Shown here: positions 17,960 to 27,150 of the stretch, piece by piece | How positions within the stretch are numbered: position 1 is the first letter of the stretch | How the letters are laid out: each line of letters begins with the position of its first letter | Notes under the pieces: generated by a model | Seen by the model: only the letters and a program-made list of their open reading frames with translations | The model's database searches: none | Told to the model about the DNA's origin: nothing | Source of the DNA: Alphaproteobacteria bacterium | GTDB taxonomy: Bacteria; Pseudomonadota; Alphaproteobacteria; UBA2136; UBA6156 | Length of the DNA stretch: 64,000 bases | Assembly: GCA_027485835.1 (NCBI GenBank) | Contig: JAIXQG010000002.1 | Span: forward strand, 880,681 to 944,680 | Direction: 5' to 3' | Translations under genes and position numbers: made by a program

Positions 17960-18200
17960 AAAGGTCACGGGGACACAACCTTTTCAGAATACAGGCCGAC
18001 GGGCCCTTTTGGGGGAAAGGTATTGGGCGGGGCTTCCAATAACCCGTCGGTTGCTTGGTGCGGCGGCACCAAACGGGGCGAGAAGGAGGTCCAGGAGATG
18101 CGGCGGACCTAGCACCTCCTTCTCGGGGAGTTACACGACACAGAGGCACGAGGAACCTCTTTTGATGTGTTGTGCGGTCTCCCAAAGGGAACAAAATTAT
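17960..18200 (+). ncRNA. Candidate structured RNA or regulatory leader in the 465-bp ruvC-ruvA spacer (speculative)
   Basis: Several extended stems, e.g. gagaaggaggt...acctccttctc (11 bp), ccgacggg...cccgtcgg, ctgaaaaggt...accttttcag. Confidence 0.15.
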
Positions 18201-18274
18201 GATTGTGAATATGTTTATGCGGTGTTCCTGCTTAAATAATTAAGCAACTATGTGTTGCAGGCTGTATAATGAAG

Positions 18275-18283
18275 TTATCCACA
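18275..18283 (+). promoter_or_regulatory. Perfect DnaA box TTATCCACA just downstream of a TATAAT -10-like hexamer (18265-18270) upstream of ruvA
   Basis: Exact motif match. Confidence 0.45.
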
Positions 18284-18365
18284 GGCGTCAAGTGGAGCCA
18301 AGCGGCTTTTTTACGAAAATGTGGGAATTCGTTGTCTCTTGCGTTAGTTGTGGTAGCTTTAGGGC

Positions 18366-18959
18366 ATGATTTCCCTTCTCTCGGGCCCCGTGTTGGCCGT
18401 TACCTCGACCTCTGCCATTATTGACTGTGCCGGTGTGGGCTATGAGGCCTTGTGCACCACCCGTACGCTGGCGACGCTGACAAGTGGCCAACCTGCCCGT
18501 GTGTTTACGGTTTTGAACGTGCGTGAAGATGCCTTGACACTGTTTGGATTTGCGACGGTGGAGGAGCGGAGCTTCTTCAACCAGTTAACCAGTGTGAGCG
18601 GGGTGGGGCCGAAGTTGGCGTTGTCGCTGCTTTCTAGTTTTTCTCCGGCGGAAGTGCAGCAGGCGATCAGCTTGAACCAGCCCGCGACTTTGGCGCGTGC
18701 GAGTGGTGTGGGCAAGCGCATGGCGGAGAAGATTATCGTCGAGCTGAAGGACAAGTTGGGCAAGATTACCGAGTTTGGTCCGCTGGGCGTGGCGGCGCAG
18801 GGCGCGGTGGCGATGCAAGCGGCGGATTTGGCCTCGGCGCTCATTAACCTTGGGTACCAGCCGAAGATTGCCGAAAGTGCCGCGACCGAGGCGTTGAAGG
18901 CCAACCCGAGTGCGCCGTTTGAGGAGTTGTTCAGGTTGGCGTTGCGTAAAGCTGCATAG
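18366..18959 (+). CDS. ruvA: Holliday junction DNA helicase RuvA
   Basis: MISLLSGPV...VGYE...GVGPKLALSLLS. Confidence 0.9.
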   Translation: MISLLSGPVLAVTSTSAIIDCAGVGYEALCTTRTLATLTSGQPARVFTVLNVREDALTLFGFATVEERSFFNQLTSVSGVGPKLALSLLSSFSPAEVQQAISLNQPATLARASGVGKRMAEKIIVELKDKLGKITEFGPLGVAAQGAVAMQAADLASALINLGYQPKIAESAATEALKANPSAPFEELFRLALRKAA

Positions 18960-19001
18960 GTTTTTAGTTTATACTCAGTATTAAGAATAAGAGGTATATC
19001 A

Positions 19002-19694
19002 ATGAAATTACAGTATTTGGGGCACAGTGGTTTCCGGCTGGAAGATGGAAGCTTTACGTTGTTGGTGGACCCGTTTTTGACGGGGAGCCACACCGCACCG
19101 ATGGAGTGGGAGAAAGCGGCAAAAGACGTGACCCATGTGGTGCTGACCCATGGCCATAGCGACCATGTGGGCGATACGGTGGCGATTGCGAAGGCGAATG
19201 ATATTCCGGTAGTGGCGATGGTGGAGCTGGCGCGTTGGTTGGGCCGCAGAGGTGTGACGGATACGATTGAGGCGAATTTTGGCGGCACGGTAGCGTTGGG
19301 CCATGGTGTGAGCGTGACGCTGGTACCGGCATGGCACACCAGTGCGAGTGATGAGGGTGAGTATTTGGGAGAACCGGCCGGGCTGGTGATTACCATGAGT
19401 AACACCACGATTTACCACGCCGGTGATACCGCGATTTTTGGCGATATGGCTTTAATTGATGAGCTGTATAAGCCCGATGTGGTGCTGTTGCCGATTGGCG
19501 GGACCTACACCATGGATGCCAAAACGGCGGCGATTGCGGCGGAGAAGTATTTTAAAAAGGCCAAGGTTGTGCCGATGCACTATGCGACCTTCCCCGTACT
19601 GGCGCCGGATTGCGACGTGTTTATGGCGGAATGCGAGCGTCGCGGTGTAGAGGCGCATCCACTGAAACCCGGTGACGTGATGCAGTTGGCTTAA
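19002..19694 (+). CDS. Metal-dependent hydrolase, beta-lactamase fold (UPF0173 family)
   Basis: MKLQYLGHSGF...THGHSDHVGD. Confidence 0.8.
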   Translation: MKLQYLGHSGFRLEDGSFTLLVDPFLTGSHTAPMEWEKAAKDVTHVVLTHGHSDHVGDTVAIAKANDIPVVAMVELARWLGRRGVTDTIEANFGGTVALGHGVSVTLVPAWHTSASDEGEYLGEPAGLVITMSNTTIYHAGDTAIFGDMALIDELYKPDVVLLPIGGTYTMDAKTAAIAAEKYFKKAKVVPMHYATFPVLAPDCDVFMAECERRGVEAHPLKPGDVMQLA

Positions 19695-19713
19695 GGGTAC
19701 TGCTTGCCGAGAC

Positions 19714-19744
19714 AAGGCGCCACCTTCGGGTGGCGTTTTTTTGG
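19714..19744 (+). terminator. Rho-independent terminator
   Basis: gcgccaccttcgggtggcgttttttt. Confidence 0.7.
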
Positions 19745-19799
19745 GCGATGGCTGCTATTGTTGTTACGATTATCAGAAAAATGGGTGTAAAGTGGCGGT

Positions 19800-20804
19800 A
19801 TGAGCGAACCGTTGCTGTCTCCCTTATTGTCTCCTGTGGCGTTACCTGAAGAACAGCAGGTGGACCATGCGTTGCGTCCACAGAGTTTGGCGGATTTTAC
19901 CGGTCAGCCGGAATTATGCGATAACCTGCAGGTGTTTATTGCCAGTGCCAAGGCGCGTGGCGGAGCGTTGGATCATGTGTTGCTGGCGGGGCCTCCGGGC
20001 TTGGGCAAGACCAGTTTGGCGCATATTCTGGCAAAGGAGTTGGGGGTGGGATTCCGCTCTACCAGCGGGCCGGTGATTGCCAAGGGCGGCGATTTGGCGG
20101 CGATTTTGACCAGTTTGCAGCCGCATGACGTGCTGTTTATCGATGAAATTCACCGTTTGAGTACCAGTGTGGAAGAAGTGCTGTACTCGGCGATGGAAGA
20201 CTTCAAGCTGGATATTATCATAGGCGAGGGGCCTGCGGCGCGGACGGTGCGGGTGGATATTCCGCCGTTTACACTTGTGGGCGCTACGACGCGGGCGGGG
20301 ATGCTGAGCAACCCGTTGCGTGACCGTTTTGGGGTGCATGGGCGGTTAGAGTTTTACACGGCCCCTGATTTGCAACGGATTGTGAGTCGTGCGGCGCATT
20401 TGCTGGGCGTGCCGATTGCCGACGATGCGGCGACCGAACTGGCGGCACGCAGCCGTGGCACGCCGCGGATTGCCAACCGCCTGCTGCGCCGTGTGCGTGA
20501 TTTTGCCACCGTGGCCGGTGAGACGGCACTTAACCTTGCGACAACGCGCCATGCGCTGATGCGGCTGGGTGTGGATGGTATTGGCTTGGATAAGAATGAC
20601 CTGCGTTACTTGCAGGCTTTGGTGAACAAGTTTGCCGGTGGGCCGGTGGGGCTTGGCACCTTGGCGGCGAGCACCGGTGAGAGCGAGGATACGCTGGAAG
20701 ATATGGTGGAGCCGTATTTGTTGCAGTTGGGGTTTGTGCAGCGGACGCCGAGAGGGCGGGTGGCGACCGAGGCGGGGACGCGGCACGTGCTGACGGGGGA
20801 ATAG
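19800..20804 (+). CDS. ruvB: Holliday junction DNA helicase RuvB
   Basis: [12 protein letters not shown] ... [11 protein letters not shown]. Confidence 0.95.
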   Translation: MSEPLLSPLLSPVALPEEQQVDHALRPQSLADFTGQPELCDNLQVFIASAKARGGALDHVLLAGPPGLGKTSLAHILAKELGVGFRSTSGPVIAKGGDLAAILTSLQPHDVLFIDEIHRLSTSVEEVLYSAMEDFKLDIIIGEGPAARTVRVDIPPFTLVGATTRAGMLSNPLRDRFGVHGRLEFYTAPDLQRIVSRAAHLLGVPIADDAATELAARSRGTPRIANRLLRRVRDFATVAGETALNLATTRHALMRLGVDGIGLDKNDLRYLQALVNKFAGGPVGLGTLAASTGESEDTLEDMVEPYLLQLGFVQRTPRGRVATEAGTRHVLTGE

Positions 20805-20836
20805 AAAAAGGCGCCGGAGACCGGCGCCTTTTCGTT
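20804..20836. terminator. Bidirectional hairpin terminator, copy 1 of the repeated palindrome ggcgccggagaccggcgcc
   Basis: Hairpin flanked by an A-run and a T-run. Identical to the copy at 21743-21773. Confidence 0.7.
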
Positions 20837-20846
20837 TCAGAGGAGT

Positions 20847-21662
20847 TCAGACGTGAATCTGAAGTGTGCATGCCAGAGGTGGCAGGGGTTCGTTTGTTTC
20901 AATGTTGATAGGCTCGTTTTCGTCATGTCGGCGGGCATCGATGATGCGGTGATGCACTCCCATAAATTTCGAAAGTTCGCCGTTGGCCGTGTGCCACTTC
21001 AAGATGAGCTTGAAGTTACCATCCGGCATATTCTGCACTGTGAGCGTGCAGGTGTCGTTTTCACGGTCGGCATGCAGGATATGGACCACGAGTTGCAGAG
21101 GGAACTTCTGCAGTTCGACGGTATAGACCGGCATAGATTGCTTTCTGTTTTCAGCGGCTTGGGCCGCCTTGGCCGCAACCTTATCGAAGTGCAGGCGCAG
21201 CTTGCCGAGGCGTTCTGCAGAGCTGCCCTCGACATAGGTTTCTGGCGTAAGTGGCTCTTTCCATTCGATCTCGTCGTCGGAGTCGCGCGGAAAGGTGAAG
21301 TATTCCATGAAGGCGAACCAATTGTGCCAGCCGTGGTGAAAGGGTACCCAGACATGTGAGTATTCTCCGCTGCCCATGCTTTTGGAAGCAAAGATAGCGG
21401 TGCATTCGGCGAGTTGGCCGAGTTCATCCATCAGGGCACTTAAGCTGATTTCGCCATCCTGTTTGAGGGGATTGTAAAATGCTTCCAGGCTATCGGCGAT
21501 GCAGCGTTGAAAGTCGGTCTCGCAGGATTTGCCTGCCAGAACGTGATTCAGATTTTCGAGGAAGAGGGTGAAGTCTTCGTCACTGCAGTAGGCCGGATTT
21601 TCGGGGCGGAGTTCTTCGGCTTCGAAACAAATGACGGGGAGGGTGATGTGAGTGTCGGTCAT
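20847..21662 (-). CDS. Hypothetical protein (271 aa), low GC3, likely horizontally acquired
   Basis: Long ORF. Codon usage rich in AAT/GAT/TTT, unlike neighbours. Confidence 0.5.
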   Translation of the reverse strand: MTDTHITLPVICFEAEELRPENPAYCSDEDFTLFLENLNHVLAGKSCETDFQRCIADSLEAFYNPLKQDGEISLSALMDELGQLAECTAIFASKSMGSGEYSHVWVPFHHGWHNWFAFMEYFTFPRDSDDEIEWKEPLTPETYVEGSSAERLGKLRLHFDKVAAKAAQAAENRKQSMPVYTVELQKFPLQLVVHILHADRENDTCTLTVQNMPDGNFKLILKWHTANGELSKFMGVHHRIIDARRHDENEPINIETNEPLPPLACTLQIHV

Positions 21663-21740
21663 GGTGGTGCTCCTCTGAACAGACCGGGAAGTTAAAAAAA
21701 ATGGCTCGTGATTTTTGTATACCTATAGGTGGTGGGGAGC

Positions 21741-21774
21741 AAGAAAAAAGGCGCCGGAGACCGGCGCCTTTTTG
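21741..21774. terminator. Hairpin terminator, copy 2 of the ggcgccggagaccggcgcc palindrome
   Basis: gcaagaaaaaaggcgccggagaccggcgccttttt. Confidence 0.7.
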
Positions 21775-21789
21775 CGTGTGGGAGTGGTA

Positions 21790-22163
21790 TCAGCCTTTCA
21801 GGTAGCTGATGAAGAAGGGATCGGCTTCGGCGATACCGAGGGTAATGAGCGCTACGTAGACTAGTTTGCAGAGGATGTGCAGGATCTGGTCGGTGTGGAA
21901 GCCGAAGCGACCATCGTTTTTGCCGTAGTCGATGGCGGTATGGAGCACGAACTCGATCAGCGCCAGCGCGAAGTTGCCGGTGATGAGCCAGACGACGCCT
22001 GCGTGGGGCAGGGTGTGGCCGGTGAGGTTCCAGCCCCAGATGGTTTCCGGGATGTGCTCGAATTTCTTTTTGTGCGATTTGTAGATTGCGATGAATTCGT
22101 ACTGGTTGAAGTCGATGAAGGTGTGTCCGATAAGCAGGGCGAAGAGGAGTTGGATCTCAAACA
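21790..22163 (-). CDS. Small integral membrane protein (possibly DUF3307-like), hypothetical
   Basis: ORF with good RBS GGAGAAACCGAG before the ATG. Hydrophobic. Confidence 0.45.
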
Positions 22164-22219
22164 TCTCGGTTTCTCCTGTGGATAGTATCCTCTGTATACG
22201 TGGATGGTGGGATGCTTGC

Positions 22220-22253
22220 AAGAAAAAGGCGCCGCGGGGTGCGGCGCCTTTTA
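22220..22253. terminator. Hairpin terminator, variant copy 3 (ggcgccgcggggtgcggcgcc)
   Basis: gcaagaaaaaggcgccgcggggtgcggcgcctttt. Confidence 0.65.
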
Positions 22254-22277
22254 AGGTTGTCGTTCGAAGAATAGCGC

Positions 22278-23057
22278 TCAGGCTGTTTTTTGGGCCGGAG
22301 CGGTGAGGAGAGGGAGGTCGAGGGTCAGTGTGCCGAAGGCTTGGCAGCGTGCAATAAGCTCCTCTGTCCGAAAAGACGGATTCACTTTTGTAGTGATACT
22401 GCTCCAGCGAAACTTTACCTCGTAACCACTGGACGCGTCCCGATGAAACGGGGAGAGTCCGACGTAGGCCACACCTGTTTCGAGCTGAATGCTGAAATTC
22501 ATGTTACCTTCTTCTAAGCCTGCTCTCAGGGCGGAGCTAGAAGACAGACATATGAAATCTCCGTTGTCTGCACATTCCCGTATCATTTTGTAGTGCCAGC
22601 AAAGCCATTCCACAAGTAGATCGAAAAGCTCGTGAGGAGTCGTGCCGAAGTGATTCAGCATGAAGGGATCGATGGTCTTTATGTGGTCACCTGTTGCGAG
22701 TGCCGCGAGATGCGGTATCGCCGGATGAATCCCTTTTGCGTGATCAATCCGCCAGTTCTGGGTGAGAGTACCTTCTGCCATACGACCTTTGTAGATGCTC
22801 TGCGCATAAAGGGCGAGGTAGGCGATGAGAGTCTTGAGTTCTTGGCGTGTGATTTCGCCGCTATTGTAGAGGCTCCAGTAGCTGTTGTTACGCTCCTTGA
22901 TATAGAATTCGCCTGACTTTCGCAGTTCGTTCCGCAAGGTCCTGACGGCGGATGTTGCCGTAGCTGGTGCTACGCCGTTAGTGCGGAGAATCTCCGTGAG
23001 ATCCTTAATCAGGATTTCCGTTTTACGGGAGCGTTCTTCAAAAATTGCGTCGCCCAT
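22278..23057 (-). CDS. Hypothetical protein (259 aa) with a possible N-terminal HTH-like region
   Basis: ORF. Low GC3. Confidence 0.5.
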   Translation of the reverse strand: MGDAIFEERSRKTEILIKDLTEILRTNGVAPATATSAVRTLRNELRKSGEFYIKERNNSYWSLYNSGEITRQELKTLIAYLALYAQSIYKGRMAEGTLTQNWRIDHAKGIHPAIPHLAALATGDHIKTIDPFMLNHFGTTPHELFDLLVEWLCWHYKMIRECADNGDFICLSSSSALRAGLEEGNMNFSIQLETGVAYVGLSPFHRDASSGYEVKFRWSSITTKVNPSFRTEELIARCQAFGTLTLDLPLLTAPAQKTA

Positions 23058-23206
23058 GGGAGCGCCTTTCTGGACTATGCCGGTTAGGAATGAAGAGATT
23101 ACGAGATACTGCTTTGGGCGTGGTTTTAGGCGGAAGTTGCTGGTTTGGCAAGGAAAAGCATAAAGAAAAGCCCCTGTGACAGGGGCTTTGCAAGGTGGGC
23201 GTTAGC

Positions 23207-23950
23207 CTAGTTTTGGCTACCGATGGCTTTTTGTACGGCGCGGGTGCGGGAGTACAACGGAGTTTCATCGGTCATTTCGCCTTCGGTTACGGCGGGGATG
23301 GCGATCTTGCGGGTGGTCATCCAGCTGTTGATGGCGATGGTGGCCATTTGGCGCATGGTCTTCTCAGCAGCGTCGCCCTTTTTACGCTTGAGGGCGCCGA
23401 GCAGGGTGATGAGGTGGGTGTTCAGTTCCTTCTTCTGGCCGACAGAGGTTGCCCAGAGTTCAGACATGTTGGTGCGTCGCTTCACCATGCTGATAGCTTC
23501 GGACACGGTCGGGCTGAAGGCGGTCTTTTCCATCATTTCCAGAGCGATTTCCAGCGATTGCAGGTATTGGGTGCTTTGGAGAGAATCGTCTTGGGCAAAG
23601 GCGAAGGCGGTTTCGAGGTCCATCAGGGCTTCGATGCTGGCTTTTTCAGCGGCCAGTTTGGCAGCGAGGCCGAGGAACAGGCTGTAGGATTGCAGCTGGT
23701 CTACCTTGGTGCTGGTGGGGACGTGGGTGACGAAGGCACCGCGGTGGGGAACCATTTCGACCAGACCGTCGGCAGCGAGGGCGCACAGAGCTTCACGCAC
23801 CGGAGTACGGGACACGTTGTAGTCCTTGCTGATCTTCAGCTCGGACAGGTGGAAGCCACCATCCAGTTCACCATTGAGGATTTTGTCGCGGAGGGATTCG
23901 CGGACCATGGTGTCGAGATTGCTGTGTTGAGTCGTCATCTGCTTGCTCAT
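23207..23950 (-). CDS. GntR-family transcriptional regulator (FadR-like C-terminal domain)
   Basis: N-terminal wHTH ...SELKISKDYNVSRTPVREALCALAADGLVEMVPHRGAFV. Confidence 0.8.
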   Translation of the reverse strand: MSKQMTTQHSNLDTMVRESLRDKILNGELDGGFHLSELKISKDYNVSRTPVREALCALAADGLVEMVPHRGAFVTHVPTSTKVDQLQSYSLFLGLAAKLAAEKASIEALMDLETAFAFAQDDSLQSTQYLQSLEIALEMMEKTAFSPTVSEAISMVKRRTNMSELWATSVGQKKELNTHLITLLGALKRKKGDAAEKTMRQMATIAINSWMTTRKIAIPAVTEGEMTDETPLYSRTRAVQKAIGSQN

Positions 23951-24238
23951 TTCTGTTCGTCTTTCCCCTGTGGTTTTTATTATTCTGTTTTTTTATCAGG
24001 CGGGGCCACGGCACGGTGGATACCATTCGGGCCCTGTATTGGCTGCAACCTGCCATGCCTTTTCCTTAGGGTCAAGGGCTAAGTATACATATTGGGCAGC
24101 GAAAGATGCTTTTGCACGCAATTCTGTTTTTATCATATCTTTTAGTTGTGATGTTTAGGTGGCAGAGGGTTAGCACGAGTGGACTTGAACCCTGCATAGG
24201 CCATGCGTTTTGATGTTGGTTGGCCTATACTTTATGCT

Positions 24239-24742
24239 ATGCAGCGCTATATTGCCCTTGGATGTTGGATGACCTTTGCCACGGTAGCCGCCGTGCGTGC
24301 CCAAACGAATGAATGTGTTCCGCCGGATGCGGGGCTTGCGATTGCTGGGGCTGTACGGGATTTTAAACTGCCGCCGTCTCCGGCGTGTGTGGCTGCCGAT
24401 TATAGCCATAGCTACGGGCCGATTATTGATTACGAGGCTGCGACAAGGCCTGCCGCTGCTGCGCCGGCCACCCCAGCCGCACCCGCTGCGGTGCCGCAAG
24501 TACAACGCCCGCAGCCGACCGGGCCGGTACTGGGGGCGGGTGAAGGCATGGATTTATATGACCTTGAGGCAGGTACGGGAGGCAGTGCGACCCAGTATAA
24601 TGGCCGCGAGCTGGAGCGTTTAGGCCAACTGGATGCCATGCAGGGCAAACCCCTTAATATGGACCATGCCAGCGATATTAACTATGTGCGCGGTTACACC
24701 AAGGGTAACGAACGCCGGACGATGCCGACACCTTGGCGGTAG
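24239..24742 (+). CDS. Secreted hypothetical protein with an Ala/Pro-rich segment
   Basis: Signal peptide MQRYIALGCWMTFATVAAVRAQT. Confidence 0.4.
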   Translation: MQRYIALGCWMTFATVAAVRAQTNECVPPDAGLAIAGAVRDFKLPPSPACVAADYSHSYGPIIDYEAATRPAAAAPATPAAPAAVPQVQRPQPTGPVLGAGEGMDLYDLEAGTGGSATQYNGRELERLGQLDAMQGKPLNMDHASDINYVRGYTKGNERRTMPTPWR

Positions 24743-24845
24743 GTTTTTCTGTTTTTTATTGCATATCAATGTTCAAGTGCTGTCAGGTTGTTGATTGAAT
24801 ACAGTATTGGCGGGGTTTATAAAGGGGTAGAGAGGAACTGCCACC

Positions 24846-25469
24846 ATGATGCACGCAACCCGTACCCGTATGACCGGCCTTATGCTTGCCATGGCATTGG
24901 TTGTGGCGCCTGTAGCCGAGAGTTATGCCTTAACCGCCGCCGACTATAGTACCAGAAACCCGGGCTATGGCATGGACATGGCCAGTGTGATTGATGCGCA
25001 GAGTATGATTAGTGCGATGTCTCTGGCGCAGGCGAACGGGTTTAATATTCAGGGTTTGGCTTCAGCCAGTTTGGGCAGCATGATTGGCAGTGCCGTGACC
25101 AATGCCATGGGCATTGATGGCGTGCTGGGAGGAGTTGTGCAGGGCGTGATTACGGCCGGTGTGATGCAGGGGCTTGATAAGTTGAGTGCCGGCGGCAGCA
25201 TGGGGAATTTTGGGGGGTTGCTGAGTGCCTCGCTCAGCAGTGCATTGCTGCAGCAAGGCGGTATGCAGGGTGCTTTTGCGACAGCCAGCAATTCGTTTGG
25301 AGGTTCGTCCAATTCTATTCTGACGGCAGCGGTGAGCTCTGGTGCGCAGGCGGCGCTGGGTGCTGCGAGCAGTGGTTCCGGCAGTAATATGATTCAGACC
25401 GTGGCGACTGCGGCGGTTGTCGGTGGGATTCAGGGGGCCGTGGCTAATACGGCGAGTTTGACGCAGTAA
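24846..25469 (+). CDS. Secreted Gly/Ser/Ala/Met/Gln-rich low-complexity protein
   Basis: Signal peptide. Repetitive GGxxQG / SxxLSSALLQQGGMQG composition. Confidence 0.5.
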   Translation: MMHATRTRMTGLMLAMALVVAPVAESYALTAADYSTRNPGYGMDMASVIDAQSMISAMSLAQANGFNIQGLASASLGSMIGSAVTNAMGIDGVLGGVVQGVITAGVMQGLDKLSAGGSMGNFGGLLSASLSSALLQQGGMQGAFATASNSFGGSSNSILTAAVSSGAQAALGAASSGSGSNMIQTVATAAVVGGIQGAVANTASLTQ

Positions 25470-25515
25470 ACGTATTATTTACTCTAAAGATAAGCCCCCT
25501 TGTGAGGGGGCTTTG

Positions 25516-27150
25516 TTAGGGCACCAATAGTGGTCGAAGTTGCCAGGCTTTGGGGACGTACCATGCGTCGAAGTTATAGCTGATACCGGCGGGGGCGGGT
25601 TGGATGCCGACGATACGTTTGTGCACGGCCTCTAGTGCATAGGGTGCGTAGAGCCAGAGGTAGGGTTGTTCGTCGTGCAGAATTTCCTGCAGGCGGTCGA
25701 GGTGCTGTTTACGTTCGGCTTGGTTGAAGGTGCCGCGCGAGGCGACGATGGCGGCGTCGGCCTCTGAATTCTTAAAGCTGATGATGTTGAACTCGGCGGG
25801 GGCGGTTTTGCTGCTGTGCCAGACATCGTAGGGGTCGGGTTCGGCGGGGAGCGTCCAGCCCATCAGCAGGGTTTGGAACTTGCGTTGTTGCACGGTGTTG
25901 GTGAGGAAGGTGGACCATTCCTGCACGCGGATATCCATGACCACGCCGACATCTGCGAAGAATTTTTGCAGTATTTGAGCGGTTTTGAGGCGGACCTCGT
26001 TGCCTTGATTGGTGCTGAGGGTGAAGCGGAATTCCTCGCCCTTAGCATTCACCAGCACGCCGTTGGGGCCCATGGTCCAGCCTGCTTCGGCGAAGAGTTT
26101 GCGGGCTTTGGCGGTGTCGAATGGATAGGGCTGGAGTGCGGTATTATACGCCCACGTGCCGGGTTTGATGATGCTGGCGATGGGTTCGCCTTGGCCGAAC
26201 AGGGCGGCGTTGATGAGGCCTTGCCTATCGACGGCGTAGGAGAGCGCTTGGCGGACGCGCTTGTCGGCGAAGAGAGGGTCCTTCAGATTAAAACCCAGAT
26301 AGGTGTAGGCACTGCTGAGGTAGCGGTAGGTGGCGTAGTTGTTTTTGAACCAGTCGGCATCGGTGAGGCGGGTGTAGGCCAGTGGGGTGAGTGGGGCGGT
26401 GTCCAAGTTACCCGCTTTCATTTCCAGCCACTGGGTGGATTGGTCTGGCAGAATACGCAGGTATTGTTGCGCGATGAAGGGCGCCTTGGTGCTGGACGGA
26501 TTGCGGGTGAGGAGGAGGTCTTGGCCACGGCGCCAGCGCTCCAGCTGATAGGAGCCGCTGCCGAGGGGGTTGTCTTTCAGAGGAGTATCGTTGAACGACT
26601 TGGTTTGCGCGATGACCTTGGCGGGCATGACCAGCAGTCCTGCCCAACTGGAGAGGCCGGGGGCGAAGGCGTCTTTGTAACTGACGCGGACGGTGTGGGG
26701 GTCGGGGGTTTCGAACTTACTCACGCGGAGGTAGTCGTCGGCGTAGGGGGTTTTGGTGTCCGGGTTGGTCAATGCGTGGAAGGTGGCGGAGACGTCGGCG
26801 CTGGTGAGTGGTGAGCCGTCGGAGAAGGTGAGGCCTTGTTTCAGTTTGAAGGTGATCTGCAGGCCGTCCGGGCTGACGGTGAAGGACTCGGCGAGCTCCG
26901 GTACAAGATTGAGGTCTTTGTCGTAGGTGATCATCGCTTGGTAGATGTCTCCGGCGATGGCGGAGGCCGCCGTATCGGCCGCCAGATAGGGCACCAGATT
27001 GGCGGGGGAGGCGGTGAGGGCGGAATTGAGGACGTCTCCGACGGCGGCGGGGCCTGCGGGGGTGGAGTAGTCGGTGGCGGCTGTTTCCGGCTTACAGGCG
27101 CCGAGCGCGAGGAGGGCGCAGACCGCGCTGAGAGCGTGAAGACTACGCAT
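25516..27150 (-). CDS. ABC transporter substrate-binding protein, family 5 (peptide/nickel; DppA/OppA-like)
   Basis: 544 aa with signal peptide and SBP_bac_5-like sequence. Confidence 0.9.
   Translation of the reverse strand: MRSLHALSAVCALLALGACKPETAATDYSTPAGPAAVGDVLNSALTASPANLVPYLAADTAASAIAGDIYQAMITYDKDLNLVPELAESFTVSPDGLQITFKLKQGLTFSDGSPLTSADVSATFHALTNPDTKTPYADDYLRVSKFETPDPHTVRVSYKDAFAPGLSSWAGLLVMPAKVIAQTKSFNDTPLKDNPLGSGSYQLERWRRGQDLLLTRNPSSTKAPFIAQQYLRILPDQSTQWLEMKAGNLDTAPLTPLAYTRLTDADWFKNNYATYRYLSSAYTYLGFNLKDPLFADKRVRQALSYAVDRQGLINAALFGQGEPIASIIKPGTWAYNTALQPYPFDTAKARKLFAEAGWTMGPNGVLVNAKGEEFRFTLSTNQGNEVRLKTAQILQKFFADVGVVMDIRVQEWSTFLTNTVQQRKFQTLLMGWTLPAEPDPYDVWHSSKTAPAEFNIISFKNSEADAAIVASRGTFNQAERKQHLDRLQEILHDEQPYLWLYAPYALEAVHKRIVGIQPAPAGISYNFDAWYVPKAWQLRPLLVP

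Noticed and set aside
17960-18200. Possible SRP RNA or 6S RNA in the ruvC-ruvA spacer
   Set aside because: No SRP domain IV motif (GGAAGCAGCC-like) or 6S central-bubble architecture is recognisable. It is kept only as a low-confidence structured-RNA candidate.
24150-24240. tRNA-like T-loop motif (rc: cagGGTTCAAGTCCactcg) near the boundary of the low-GC cassette, considered as a tRNA or tRNA-fragment integration site
   Set aside because: No matching T-stem, acceptor stem or CCA geometry could be built. Only the GGTTCAAGTCC core matches.
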